From Nitrososphaeraceae archaeon (GTDB lineage Archaea > Thermoproteota > Nitrososphaeria > Nitrososphaerales > Nitrososphaeraceae): 64,000 bases of DNA. The notes beneath the pieces were generated by a model that worked only from the letters and a program-made list of their open reading frames with translations, did no database searches and had not been told where the DNA came from. Positions 9,609 through 19,551 of the stretch are shown piece by piece. The translations under genes were made by a program, and so were the position numbers. The DNA lies in the NCBI GenBank assembly GCA_044870765.1, contig JBIOZG010000012.1, forward strand, positions 108,093-172,092. The letters run 5' to 3'. Each line of letters begins with the position of its first letter. Positions within the stretch are counted from its first letter, which is position 1.

Positions 9609-10706
9609 TTAAGTAACTATTCTTGACAGCATGTTAGAGGCTAATGCCTCTTTAACTTCCATCGCGATCCTGCGGCCAATGCCAAATGTGTAGCCATGAG
9701 AATATTTGGTATAGGGCGATGTAGTTGCCATGATTGGGTTTCCAGGAACTCTGAGAGACACATCATATACGACTATCTCTAGTTCTGGTGTGACAATACT
9801 CTGTAAGGAAAAAGGTCCAATAATTCCGGGAGGATATTCCTTTCTCACAGCGGCTGTAAATTTATCGCCAAGCTCAAAGACCTTTTCTAGCATAGATTCC
9901 CTTATACTTGCAGGAGTATGGCCTATTTCAATATGTTTTACTTCTGTATCAAATTCCAATTGTTGCCTTGCAGGTATAGCATTCAGATCATTAAGATTAG
10001 TCTGAAGCCTTCTCTCAATGCCTAAGAATTCGGTTTCGGGAGTCAAGGGGGAGGAGAAAAAATTAAAATTAAAATATGTTCCAAGGACAAACTCTTCTAT
10101 TACAGAATTTTCGAGATCTTCGCTAGTGATAATTTTTTCACTTTTTTTCTTTTGAGATTTTGCCCTGTAGTCTTGAATTGAACTGACTATGAAAAAGGCC
10201 CTTTCCAGCTTTCTCGTGGATTCTTGAATTTTTACAATGGCGAGTTTGTCAATTTCGGTGTAATTTTTATAAATCTTTGGGTGAGCTATTTGAGCTTGTT
10301 CCAATAACAAGTACTGATTCTTAACATAATTTCTTTCTTCTGCGCGAAATAATAGTCTATTTCCAAGTATTGGCAACAATAGATCGTTTTCAATTGAGTC
10401 ATAACCAAGATAGGCTGTGAACGCCCTATGTGGTACTATAATACTATTCAATTCCCTGAGTTTATCTTGATTTTCTTTGAAAACCATGTCCGAAAATTTA
10501 TCTACCAAAATTATTTTGTCTGCTAACCTCTTGAATCTCACATATGGTAATTCCCTTCCTTTCTGACAAATGCAAACCGTTCTCAATCCTTCGTCCTTTG
10601 CACCATCCATTATTTCTAGTGCAGAATGACTACCGATTACTGCCATGTGTATATTCTTCAGATCATACTTCTCTATAACGTCAGATATCGCATCAGGATG
10701 AATCAT
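9609..10706 (-). CDS. purP: Formate--phosphoribosylaminoimidazolecarboxamide ligase family (ATP-grasp)
   Basis: IGSHSALEIMDGAKDEG, GHTPASIRES, GIIGPFSLQ, DVSLRVPG. Confidence 0.9.
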   Translation of the reverse strand: MIHPDAISDVIEKYDLKNIHMAVIGSHSALEIMDGAKDEGLRTVCICQKGRELPYVRFKRLADKIILVDKFSDMVFKENQDKLRELNSIIVPHRAFTAYLGYDSIENDLLLPILGNRLLFRAEERNYVKNQYLLLEQAQIAHPKIYKNYTEIDKLAIVKIQESTRKLERAFFIVSSIQDYRAKSQKKKSEKIITSEDLENSVIEEFVLGTYFNFNFFSSPLTPETEFLGIERRLQTNLNDLNAIPARQQLEFDTEVKHIEIGHTPASIRESMLEKVFELGDKFTAAVRKEYPPGIIGPFSLQSIVTPELEIVVYDVSLRVPGNPIMATTSPYTKYSHGYTFGIGRRIAMEVKEALASNMLSRIVT

Positions 10707-10801
10707 GTTTATGCAAGCAGAAGATTATGTTATAATTAAAATTTTCCAACAAAAGTCAACTAATATTTAATCACTTATTATTGAATGGCGTAAGGCGAGG
10801 A

Positions 10802-11119
10802 TTAACTTTTTTCCTTATTAACAGCACCTTCGATTGCCTTCCTAAGATCATCATCATTCTTATTTGTATAGTCTATTCCTAACGATTCTGCTATCTCTTC
10901 GAGTTTTTCTCGTCCGACCTTATCTTTTCCCCGAATTTGCTCCAGTTCTTTTTTAGCTTCAATTCTTGCCTTTTCATATTCCGCTGTTGCCTTTCCAAAA
11001 GACCTTGCTAATTCAGGAATTTTCTTGACACCGAAAAACAAAACTACGATAATAACTATGATTATTAGAAATTCATATCCAGTTGGCATTTGCAAAATAG
11101 CGTTATGGATACCATACAT
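10802..11119 (-). CDS. tatA: Twin-arginine translocase TatA/E subunit
   Basis: TM followed by FFGVKKIPELARSFGKA. Confidence 0.9.
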   Translation of the reverse strand: MYGIHNAILQMPTGYEFLIIIVIIVVLFFGVKKIPELARSFGKATAEYEKARIEAKKELEQIRGKDKVGREKLEEIAESLGIDYTNKNDDDLRKAIEGAVNKEKS

Positions 11120-11606
11120 AAGTACAAGGTAGACATGGTTGAGATTTAAATGTTGATGGTATTTTTTTAATCGCTCATATAATTATTACATCGATCATTT
11201 CCATTAATTCCCCAAAATACCTAAACTGCGAAGGGCAATTACAAGAATCATAATTACCTTAACTCGATCGAATCTGTTTGCGAGTATTATTATTACATCA
11301 TTTTTAGGGTGTTCGATGGGACACCAGGTTATTACTTGATTTCTTACCTGAAGAATATGATAAAAAACAAGCAAGTCAGGTGATCGTATTATTAATTGAA
11401 TTGGATTTATAGCATGAGTTACCCATTCCTTGATACCTCAAATACAAACTCGTTATAGTTACTATGTAATTCATAATGAATAAAAAATCCATTGATACTT
11501 GTTATAAAACATTTTAATAGAATTTACGATCATTGACATTTGTTAGTAGAATAAATAAAATGATTCAACTTTTATGGATATAACCGACTGCTTTACATAA
11601 TGATTC

Positions 11607-11966
11607 TTGGCACTTAAAGAAATATTACTCCCTCAAGAGAACATAATGTTCAGAAGCAAGACGAAGCTCAAATGTACAGAAAAGAAATACCATATCATCG
11701 TCACAAATCTAAGAATACTACTATATTCAGAAAGAGGACGTTTTTTTAAATCACCAGATGTAATAAGTGAAAGACTCGAGAGCATTTATGGTATAGAATA
11801 CAATGAAGAAGGGATGTTCTTCAAAACTTCTAAAATTCGAATACAGGGCGGCATAAGATTTGAAATAAGCGGTCATCTCTCTGATGTAAAACCTGTTTTT
11901 AATTTCATTCAATCAATAGTAAATAAATCTGAAAATCCACTAATTAGAAGATTGGATGAGTCTTAA
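11607..11966 (+). CDS. Hypothetical protein, bacterial PH-domain-like
   Basis: LLPQENI...IIVTNLRILLY...GRFF pattern typical of bPH domains. Confidence 0.55.
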   Translation: MALKEILLPQENIMFRSKTKLKCTEKKYHIIVTNLRILLYSERGRFFKSPDVISERLESIYGIEYNEEGMFFKTSKIRIQGGIRFEISGHLSDVKPVFNFIQSIVNKSENPLIRRLDES

Positions 11967-12038
11967 ACTCCTATATACCCCTCTCCCTCGTCCACAGGTA
12001 ATTCAATACTAATTTACTCTACTTCACTGAAAGTACTG

Positions 12039-12986
12039 TTGTGGTATTCTAACAAGGCACCTACAATTGAAAGAACATATTCAAAATCAATAATTCATCA
12101 TTTCAAGGTTGGGTCACATCTAGGGTTAACAATAAACCCATATCAAGGATGTCAGCACAGGTGCGGATATTGCTACGCAACGTACAAATGGTCGCCAAAT
12201 TTTTATGACAAGATTTATGGCAAAATAAATGCCGCTGAAATTCTGGAATCTGAATTGAACAGATGGAAAAATACTTCAATGTTACCTGTCATGATATCGT
12301 CAGCAACAGACGCCTATCAATCTGCAGAGGCGAAGTTTGGTATCACAAGGAAAAGTATCCAGGTATTGCAACAGTACCATATTCCATTTTACATTTTCAC
12401 AAAATCATCATTGATCGAACGAGACCTCGACCTGTTTAGTAAATACTCTGATGATTGTTTCATAGTTTGGTCTATAACAACTGTAGATGAAAAATTAAGA
12501 CGCATCATAGAACCAGGAACACCTCCAGCCTCAAGAATTTTTGAGACGATAAATAAGTTTGTTAAGTTTGGGATTAAGTGTTGTGTCAATATTGATCCCA
12601 TAATTCCATTCATTACTGATGGCGAGCAACAAATTAGGAATATTGTCAACAAATGTCAGCAATCAGGCCTAGGAAATATATCTGGATCGGTCCTTCGCCT
12701 GAGATATGATATTTGGTCTAGAATTAGAGAAGTTTTAGAACTAATTGATTTATCATGGGCGATTAAAGAGTACGAGCAAATATTTGGTTTTCAGGAACCC
12801 ATTCTACATGAGAATAATCTAACTGCAGATGAACGCTATACCGATAAAGTGATGAGCAACCTCAAATATGAGATTTTGAATAGGAATATTGAATTTGGTT
12901 TTGAGAATCTAATTGCACAAATCTCTAGAATGAAACAAGGATGCCCCGTTTCTTTACAGCAGTGCAGAATAAGCGAATTTCTTTAA
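12039..12986 (+). CDS. Radical SAM protein, spore-photoproduct-lyase-like/Rv2578c group
   Basis: INPYQGCQHRCGYCYA, SSATDAYQ, TKSSLIERD, IEPGTPP. Confidence 0.88.
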   Translation: MWYSNKAPTIERTYSKSIIHHFKVGSHLGLTINPYQGCQHRCGYCYATYKWSPNFYDKIYGKINAAEILESELNRWKNTSMLPVMISSATDAYQSAEAKFGITRKSIQVLQQYHIPFYIFTKSSLIERDLDLFSKYSDDCFIVWSITTVDEKLRRIIEPGTPPASRIFETINKFVKFGIKCCVNIDPIIPFITDGEQQIRNIVNKCQQSGLGNISGSVLRLRYDIWSRIREVLELIDLSWAIKEYEQIFGFQEPILHENNLTADERYTDKVMSNLKYEILNRNIEFGFENLIAQISRMKQGCPVSLQQCRISEFL

Positions 12987-13066
12987 CTAGTTTTCAGTTA
13001 CAAAATCTATCTACAAGATACTTGATTCAAGATATGGACATAATCTGGATAACAAAAAATTTGTAC

Positions 13067-13372
13067 TTAGCCGACTCTCTTCATCTTAGAGCCGCAACGC
13101 GGACATGCAGCTTCTCTATGCTTTGTGCCACAGCTCATACAGTAGTAATTTACCGAGTTACCCGAAAAAGGAGATGACAGAGAACCAAACATTCCCACTC
13201 CTGAGCCCATTTTATTCATCTTTCTAAATCGCCAGTAATTCCACGAAAGAAATATTCCTATTATAACAATCCAAGAATATGGAAATGGAATAAACATTGC
13301 TACTGTTATGCTTATGCCTATCGAAATGACAATCCACATTATGCTTTGGGTAAGAAAATCTCTATTTTCCAT
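13067..13372 (-). CDS. Small membrane protein with C-terminal zinc ribbon
   Basis: 2 TMs followed by CMSC...CPRC. Confidence 0.7.
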   Translation of the reverse strand: MENRDFLTQSIMWIVISIGISITVAMFIPFPYSWIVIIGIFLSWNYWRFRKMNKMGSGVGMFGSLSSPFSGNSVNYYCMSCGTKHREAACPRCGSKMKRVG

Positions 13373-13687
13373 GCTTTAATATAATAATTGATGAAACAAG
13401 ATTATTAAGGTTAACTATTTAGAAACTCATTTTTATCTACGCATTGCACTTTAACGTATTATTTTTTTGATCTTTATGAAATACTACAATTTTAGACATT
13501 CTAATTATCGACGCTTTCTCCTAATCTTTTAGGAATTTAACTCCGTCATTGTTAGATATTTCTCGGGTCTTTCCTACGAAAATATATTTTTGCTTTTTAC
13601 GATCAGATTGATATGTATGTTGTGGAGATGTGAGACAAGACAGACAATTTAATGTGGAATGGGTTGAATGTTGAGAAAGGTGCCAAA

Positions 13688-14809
13688 TTATCTAACAACG
13701 AGTTTAAAGACGTTGGTAAGCCTGCGCCATCTATAAAACTTCTTCCAAATCAATATTCCCGCGTAAGCCGAGACAAATGATACCGGCATCAAAATTGGTA
13801 TAATGAATTTCCAGAAAAGCTGATCAAAAATCGTTACGCTTTCAAATGTAATTAGATCAATTCCAAAGTAGGCTTTGAACATATTCACCGACCATGGGAA
13901 ATACAAAGTGATGAAGGAAAAAGAAATGGCAATTGAAAAGACTATACGTAAGAAGTCTTTAGATGGGCGAACGGCGAGTACTTTGTTATTATTTTTGGTA
14001 TAAGTTGCAATGATGTCTAATAACAAGGGAACTAGTATGTTTAGAAGATAAAGAGGAAATAGACCTGCAAAGTAAACATTGGAAATAATTGTAGAAGATG
14101 ACTGTAATGTCATTAAGGTTGCGGCTACAACAGTCATTCGAAAAGGAAAGGAAATGCCCTGCACTGAATAGAAAATAATGGCCGTGAATACAGCAGGCAA
14201 GGTTGATCCCAGGACCAACGCTATTGTAGGAGAGGGATTAAAATCAAAGTATTGACCTTCAGAAAAGGGAAGCGTGAACATGAAAACAAAATTGACTAGG
14301 ACCATCCAAAGAATTCCAAATGTGATCAATTCAGAAGCTAACCTGAATTTGGTTTTAAAGTCAGACAAATGTGTACCTATCAGTGCACCAATTATCGAAA
14401 GCAACATTCCACTAATCAGCATTAAATGTGGCGGACTAAGGAGGCCGTCAAATCCAAAATTAGAGTGCCACCAATTATCAAATTGACCTGAGAATACTTC
14501 AACCAGAGATCCCAAGATAATTAGCTTTAATGGAGTAGGAATTCTGTGGTGGATCGAAAAAATTGATCCAGTTGAGTGATTACCATGTTTTATTGAAAAT
14601 ATTATCCCTGCAAAAGTGGATACTAAAGATAAACCAACACCAGAGTACAATACTGTATGTGGTGGAGTAAAGAAAGATTCTACATTTACAACGCCATGCC
14701 AAATAATATCCCAATTTGCGGCGCCCACTTGAAGGGCCACGCCTATCGAGACGAGAAAATAAATCCAAAGCAAACTGTGCGATGATAATTCTTCCTTCGT
14801 ATAGTTCAA
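13688..14809 (-). CDS. Polytopic membrane protein with two D-x-x-W-H...P-P-H motifs
   Basis: About 9-10 TMs; WDIIWH..FFTPPH and FDNWWH..LLSPPH. Confidence 0.8.
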   Translation of the reverse strand: MNYTKEELSSHSLLWIYFLVSIGVALQVGAANWDIIWHGVVNVESFFTPPHTVLYSGVGLSLVSTFAGIIFSIKHGNHSTGSIFSIHHRIPTPLKLIILGSLVEVFSGQFDNWWHSNFGFDGLLSPPHLMLISGMLLSIIGALIGTHLSDFKTKFRLASELITFGILWMVLVNFVFMFTLPFSEGQYFDFNPSPTIALVLGSTLPAVFTAIIFYSVQGISFPFRMTVVAATLMTLQSSSTIISNVYFAGLFPLYLLNILVPLLLDIIATYTKNNNKVLAVRPSKDFLRIVFSIAISFSFITLYFPWSVNMFKAYFGIDLITFESVTIFDQLFWKFIIPILMPVSFVSAYAGILIWKKFYRWRRLTNVFKLVVR

Positions 14810-14936
14810 AATACAGAGTACCCTAGCCTTCGCACAAATTTATTCTTATCAGAGAATAATCATTTGATTTTGTTTTTATATGACTCTATAATCTTATACG
14901 ACTGGTTAGTCAAATAGTACAAAGGGGATATTTAGT

Positions 14937-15242
14937 ATGGATTTTTTTGAAATGGAAAAAGTACTTGAAGAGCTTGTACGTACTTTCGCGTCTCCAAGTG
15001 CAACAACCTGGTTTAAAGTAACTGGTGACAAGAGACCAACACTTGATGAATACAGAATGAAAGTAGCAGAATTTATGAACTTGTTTGAGTCTGCTCTGTC
15101 ATCTGGATTTCAAAGCGACCCAAATTCCAATGATATCTTAAATTTTATCAAAAAAGGTGTACAAAACCATACCACTTTTGTTTTATCCGGCAAAAATAAA
15201 GAAGTCGAAAAAAGATACAAGTATTACGTAGAGTATGGATAA
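14937..15242 (+). CDS. Hypothetical protein
   Basis: 101-aa ATG ORF with protein-like composition. Confidence 0.6.
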   Translation: MDFFEMEKVLEELVRTFASPSATTWFKVTGDKRPTLDEYRMKVAEFMNLFESALSSGFQSDPNSNDILNFIKKGVQNHTTFVLSGKNKEVEKRYKYYVEYG

Positions 15243-15374
15243 AATTAATCTGGTAAGCCTCCATTCACCAATCAAAGTTTTTGGCTCCACGATAAGGCGA
15301 ATGGGCCTAGCTAAGAGTCAGGGACAAATTATACGAGATTATTCTAATATGACGTCATCATATTATCGATTGGG

Positions 15375-15581
15375 ATGAATAAGAAACGTTCTGATAAGAG
15401 AAAAATTACTGGTAAAGAACTGTCATCAGAAGACGAGTTTGTTATAAAGTTAGAAACATTGATAGAGATTTTGGACAGTAAAGGGATTCTAGGCAAAAAA
15501 GAATTTGAAAGAACATTCACAATGCGACTGCATGAAATTTCAAAAGCAAGAGCATTTGAAGATCTGGATGAAGAAATTTAA
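15375..15581 (+). CDS. Hypothetical protein
   Basis: 68 aa; LETLIEILDSKGIL helical motif. Confidence 0.55.
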   Translation: MNKKRSDKRKITGKELSSEDEFVIKLETLIEILDSKGILGKKEFERTFTMRLHEISKARAFEDLDEEI

Positions 15582-15698
15582 AATCTATTGCAGCTCGATA
15601 CGACTTGTCTTAATTTGGTTTTATTAAACCGATTTGTAGAGTCCTTTCGCTTTGAAAAAATACAAATGTAAAAAAATGAACGATCGTAATTTCTACAA

Positions 15699-16478
15699 TT
15701 ACACGGCCTTCATTCTCTTAAAAGAAAAGATCCCAATCAGAGTAATGAGTAGTGTAAACAGTAGCAGTAATTGCAGATCTAATTCAAAAGAGTACGTTCC
15801 TAAATGTAAGATACTATTCCTAATAGCATCTACGGAATAGGTCGCAGGATCTATAAGAGTTATGAAACTAAGCCATGCAGGCAAGTTATCTATTGGATAC
15901 AATGCACCGCTGAGGAAGAATAAAGGAAATACAACAAAGCTAACAATTAATTGAAATCCTTCTAGGCTCTCAATATAACTCCCGAAAGTTAGACCCAATG
16001 ATGTCAAACCAAATGAGAGTATCAATGCAATTGATATTATTTGAAGTAATGAAAGTGCGTCATAATTAATTCCTAAAGGAACTCCAATTACCAATATGAT
16101 AGCCACCTGAAGAAGCGAAGTCGTCATTCCGCCGAGAGTTTTTCCAACGAATACTGTAGTTCTACTTGATGGCGCTACCATTACACTTTTTAGAAAATCA
16201 AATTTCCTATCCCAGATTATGTACGAACCAAAAAAAACAGAAGTAAAGATGACGGACATGCAGATGATACCAGGGAAGATAAATTTTTGATAATCTGTTC
16301 CTATTTGAAGGTTCGTTGATCCCAAACCAGATCCAATAACAAATAACCATAACAAAGGAGTGAAAGTGGAAGCGACAAGTCTACTCCTTTCACGTAGGAA
16401 TACCTTAAATTCTCTAAGCCATAAAGCATATAGCTGTCCCAATATTATTTTTAGTTCACGATTTCTTGTACTGAGCAT
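15699..16478 (-). CDS. ABC-2 type transporter permease
   Basis: LWLREFK, FIFPGI, PLFFLSGALYP; overlaps the ATPase gene. Confidence 0.92.
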   Translation of the reverse strand: MLSTRNRELKIILGQLYALWLREFKVFLRERSRLVASTFTPLLWLFVIGSGLGSTNLQIGTDYQKFIFPGIICMSVIFTSVFFGSYIIWDRKFDFLKSVMVAPSSRTTVFVGKTLGGMTTSLLQVAIILVIGVPLGINYDALSLLQIISIALILSFGLTSLGLTFGSYIESLEGFQLIVSFVVFPLFFLSGALYPIDNLPAWLSFITLIDPATYSVDAIRNSILHLGTYSFELDLQLLLLFTLLITLIGIFSFKRMKAV

Positions 16479-17421
16479 ACCTTTGCATAAATCCCCCTTC
16501 TGGACTATCTCCGGATAAAGAACCGCCAGAAAGTCTCAAGAATACGTCATTTAAAGTTGGTTTCTTATATTCTATCGTTCGAACTCCTTTCAAGTCTTTT
16601 ATCAGGCTGTGCATATTTGAATTTACCTCATCCATGTAGACAATCGCAGTGTTTTTCTCAAGCTCTACTTTGTGAACAAAATCGAAACGTGTAAAAGTTT
16701 CGGTGGAAGGAATATCACCAATAAAGTTTATTTTTACAATATCCCCGCCCATTTCCTGTTTTAAATTCGTCGGTGAGTTCAGGGCTATTATTTTTCCATT
16801 GCTAATAAAACCAATTCTATCACAAAGCAAATCTGCCTCTTCCATGTAATGTGTGGTTAAAATGATTGTTACTTTTTCTTCTGTTACTATTTCTTTGATA
16901 TATGTCCACATGCTTTCCCTACTTTGAGGGTCTAATCCGAGGGTGGGTTCATCTAAAAAAAGAACTTTTGGGTGATGTAAGAGTCCTCGTGCTATTTCTA
17001 ATCTTCTTCTCATGCCTCCAGAATATTTCTTTACCTGGTCGTTTTTTCTACCTTCCAACCCCACTAGTTTTAACACCTCTGAAATTCTTTTCTCCCTAGT
17101 CCCACGTGGTATACCGTAGAGTAGTGCGTGAATCTTTAGATTTTCATATCCTGTAAGGATATCATCACTACTTGGAGCTTGAAATACAACTCCTATACTT
17201 TTCCGCACTTTAGTGGCATTATGCAGCACGTCATATCCATTGACTACTGCCCCTCCTGTTGTTGGTTTCAGCAGTGTCGCTAATATATGTATGAGAGTAG
17301 TCTTGCCTGCACCATTCGGACCCAACAGTCCAAATATTTCATTTTCATTGACCTCAAAACTTAATCCATTTAACGCATAGAAATCTCCATACTTCTTGAC
17401 AAGATTTTTAACGATTATCAA
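16456..17421 (-). CDS. ABC transporter ATP-binding protein (DrrA-like)
   Basis: GPNGAGKT, YSGGM, LFLDEPT, TTHY. Confidence 0.95.
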   Translation of the reverse strand: MIIVKNLVKKYGDFYALNGLSFEVNENEIFGLLGPNGAGKTTLIHILATLLKPTTGGAVVNGYDVLHNATKVRKSIGVVFQAPSSDDILTGYENLKIHALLYGIPRGTREKRISEVLKLVGLEGRKNDQVKKYSGGMRRRLEIARGLLHHPKVLFLDEPTLGLDPQSRESMWTYIKEIVTEEKVTIILTTHYMEEADLLCDRIGFISNGKIIALNSPTNLKQEMGGDIVKINFIGDIPSTETFTRFDFVHKVELEKNTAIVYMDEVNSNMHSLIKDLKGVRTIEYKKPTLNDVFLRLSGGSLSGDSPEGGFMQRYAQYKKS

Positions 17422-18133
17422 TTTGTCTAATCCTCTTTTTGTGCCTCTCGAGAATAACTTTTGTAGTATTATCCATAGTTTGATAAATGGTGTCCATATA
17501 ATAACTGTAAGATTCTAATTATAAAGTAGAGTTGGAGTCAGATCCTCAAGGAAAATAATTACTCTTTCTAGCATCTTCAAAGCTTTCAGCGTTTGTTCTG
17601 AATATGTCGTTTTCTGGCATGCCAGGAATGTTCTGATAAGGTAATCGGCAATAATGCTTTTTAATGTACTTCATCCAAGCTTACATGTAATAATTAATTA
17701 TTATATGTTTCTAACATCAGGGATACAAAGTGATTTCGAATAAAAATCTACTTATAGATATTGCTGCATTTTAGTGCTCCGCGATTTCATCAGGGTCTAA
17801 CAGAAATTCATATAGTTATTTAGTATTACGACAAATTGAATTCAAATAATATTTCTTCTAAACGTATTGTCGCAGCTATAATATTACTATACGCATGTTA
17901 CTGCATTAAGAATCACCTATTCAATATTTTATCAGAGTTAAAACACAGCATTAGATAAAAATAGATGATATTCGTTTGATTATTGATATATAGTATTTCT
18001 ATCTTCATTAGGGATAAATGATCTCATTTCCATGTCCAATGTTCTTTTGCGAAAGATCCTTTATTTTCCACCTTTTCAATAGACCCTCTAAATACGAGAA
18101 GTATGCCCAATAGTTAATTTTAATACTGGGAAT

Positions 18134-18568
18134 ATGGTGTTAATTACTGTGTTTTTTAAAAGAAAAAAAGAACTAGCTGAAGTAAAAAGAAAAGTCGTTT
18201 TGACAAAACACATTACAGACAGTATCATTACTTATGCAAAGTCATGGCATCCCAACGAGGGAATATTGATTTTGCAGGGTAAGAAAGATAAACATGTTAT
18301 CAATGTAACAGGCTTAATTATTCCACCCTTTTCAACTCATGGACCATATTATTCGGGTTTTCCTGTCTATGAACTTCCATTCGATTTATCATATATTGGA
18401 ACGATTCATTCACATCCTAGCGGATCGAACAAGCCATCCTTAGAAGACTTGAATCATTTTTTCGGTCTTGTTTCAATAATAATTTGTTTTCCGTATGAAG
18501 CTCAAAATATAGGGGCGTACGATCGTAATGGAAACAGGCTGGATGTTGAAACTGGATACTACCTTTGA
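18134..18568 (+). CDS. JAMM/MPN+ metalloprotease
   Basis: PNE...IHSHPSGSNKPSLED (E-x-H-x-H-x7-S-x2-D). Confidence 0.88.
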   Translation: MVLITVFFKRKKELAEVKRKVVLTKHITDSIITYAKSWHPNEGILILQGKKDKHVINVTGLIIPPFSTHGPYYSGFPVYELPFDLSYIGTIHSHPSGSNKPSLEDLNHFFGLVSIIICFPYEAQNIGAYDRNGNRLDVETGYYL

Positions 18569-18807
18569 CATATTTTACGACATGTCAAAATCGATTTGGA
18601 AATTGAACGGAGAATAGAAATTTTGGATTAGAACTAAAAATCAAAGATGCATGGCTGATGAGATCTAGGGTTTGGCGATATATTCTAAGAATTTATTAGC
18701 CCATCACGGAAATCTTTCCAAAGCGGTATACAATACGTGTAACTTAGTTAAGGCACGTTCTTATATCAAGATGAATAAATTTATGGTTAATCTTTTAACA
18801 CCATCAA

Positions 18808-18853
18808 CACTGGTGGGTCGTCCCATTGTCAACTCCACCAACGCCCACCAGTG
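18808..18853. repeat. GC-rich palindrome (member of CYGGTGGG...CCCACCRG family)
   Basis: CACTGGTGGG (18808-18817) and CCCACCAGTG (18844-18853) form a perfect 10-bp inverted repeat. Confidence 0.75.
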
Positions 18854-19025
18854 AACTAATTTTCCAATTTGTTGTGTAACCCGGAGATTCCGACTATTAC
18901 TACGATTAGTACGATTATCGCTTTCAGTACAGTCGAATACATGTTGCATTCTCCTATAATTTTTTAAAGCCAATTATCAACCTAAATATATATTTAATTT
19001 GATTCATATTAAGAAAGTGTAAAAC

Positions 19026-19346
19026 ATGTTGCTTGAACAATTAAGAGATAGGGCATTCTTTCAAAATACTATTGATGTGTGGATAGCCTACTGTGAAGAA
19101 AGAGAGATTGATTGGTATGATGTCGAAGGATATCGACGTTTCATAAATTATTTGAATTCAAATGGTCTTAAAATGCAAAAATTCCCATTATGTGTTAAAG
19201 AGTCAGGAGGTCTTTATGAGAGAGGGAAAGACAAGACCAAGTTTCTAGACGAATTATCTCACTATTCTGATGATGACTCCTCTGCATATACTCTAAAACT
19301 GAGCGGCGACGCCATAGATAAGATCCGTAGTTTCAAGAATTCATAA
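19026..19346 (+). CDS. Hypothetical protein
   Basis: 106-aa ATG ORF with AT-rich promoter-like sequence upstream. Confidence 0.65.
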   Translation: MLLEQLRDRAFFQNTIDVWIAYCEEREIDWYDVEGYRRFINYLNSNGLKMQKFPLCVKESGGLYERGKDKTKFLDELSHYSDDDSSAYTLKLSGDAIDKIRSFKNS

Positions 19347-19551
19347 ATGCAAGCTTGGGTACGCTTACAAACATGACAATATCCCAATCCGTTAAACTTT
19401 AATTTACGTTACTATAAACACTGTTACTACGGAGAGTATTTCACCTACACAGTATCTGAATAGATTAAAGTTTCATATATCTATTTTATTATGTATGCTT
19501 TGAAAATGATGTTTATCCCTCAAGTATTATTTTTTTTAGAATCTATCTTTC

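Noticed and set aside
18672-18973. ORFs 18672-18854 (+) and 18761-18973 (-)
   Set aside because: They overlap each other, lack motifs and span a palindrome; likely non-coding.
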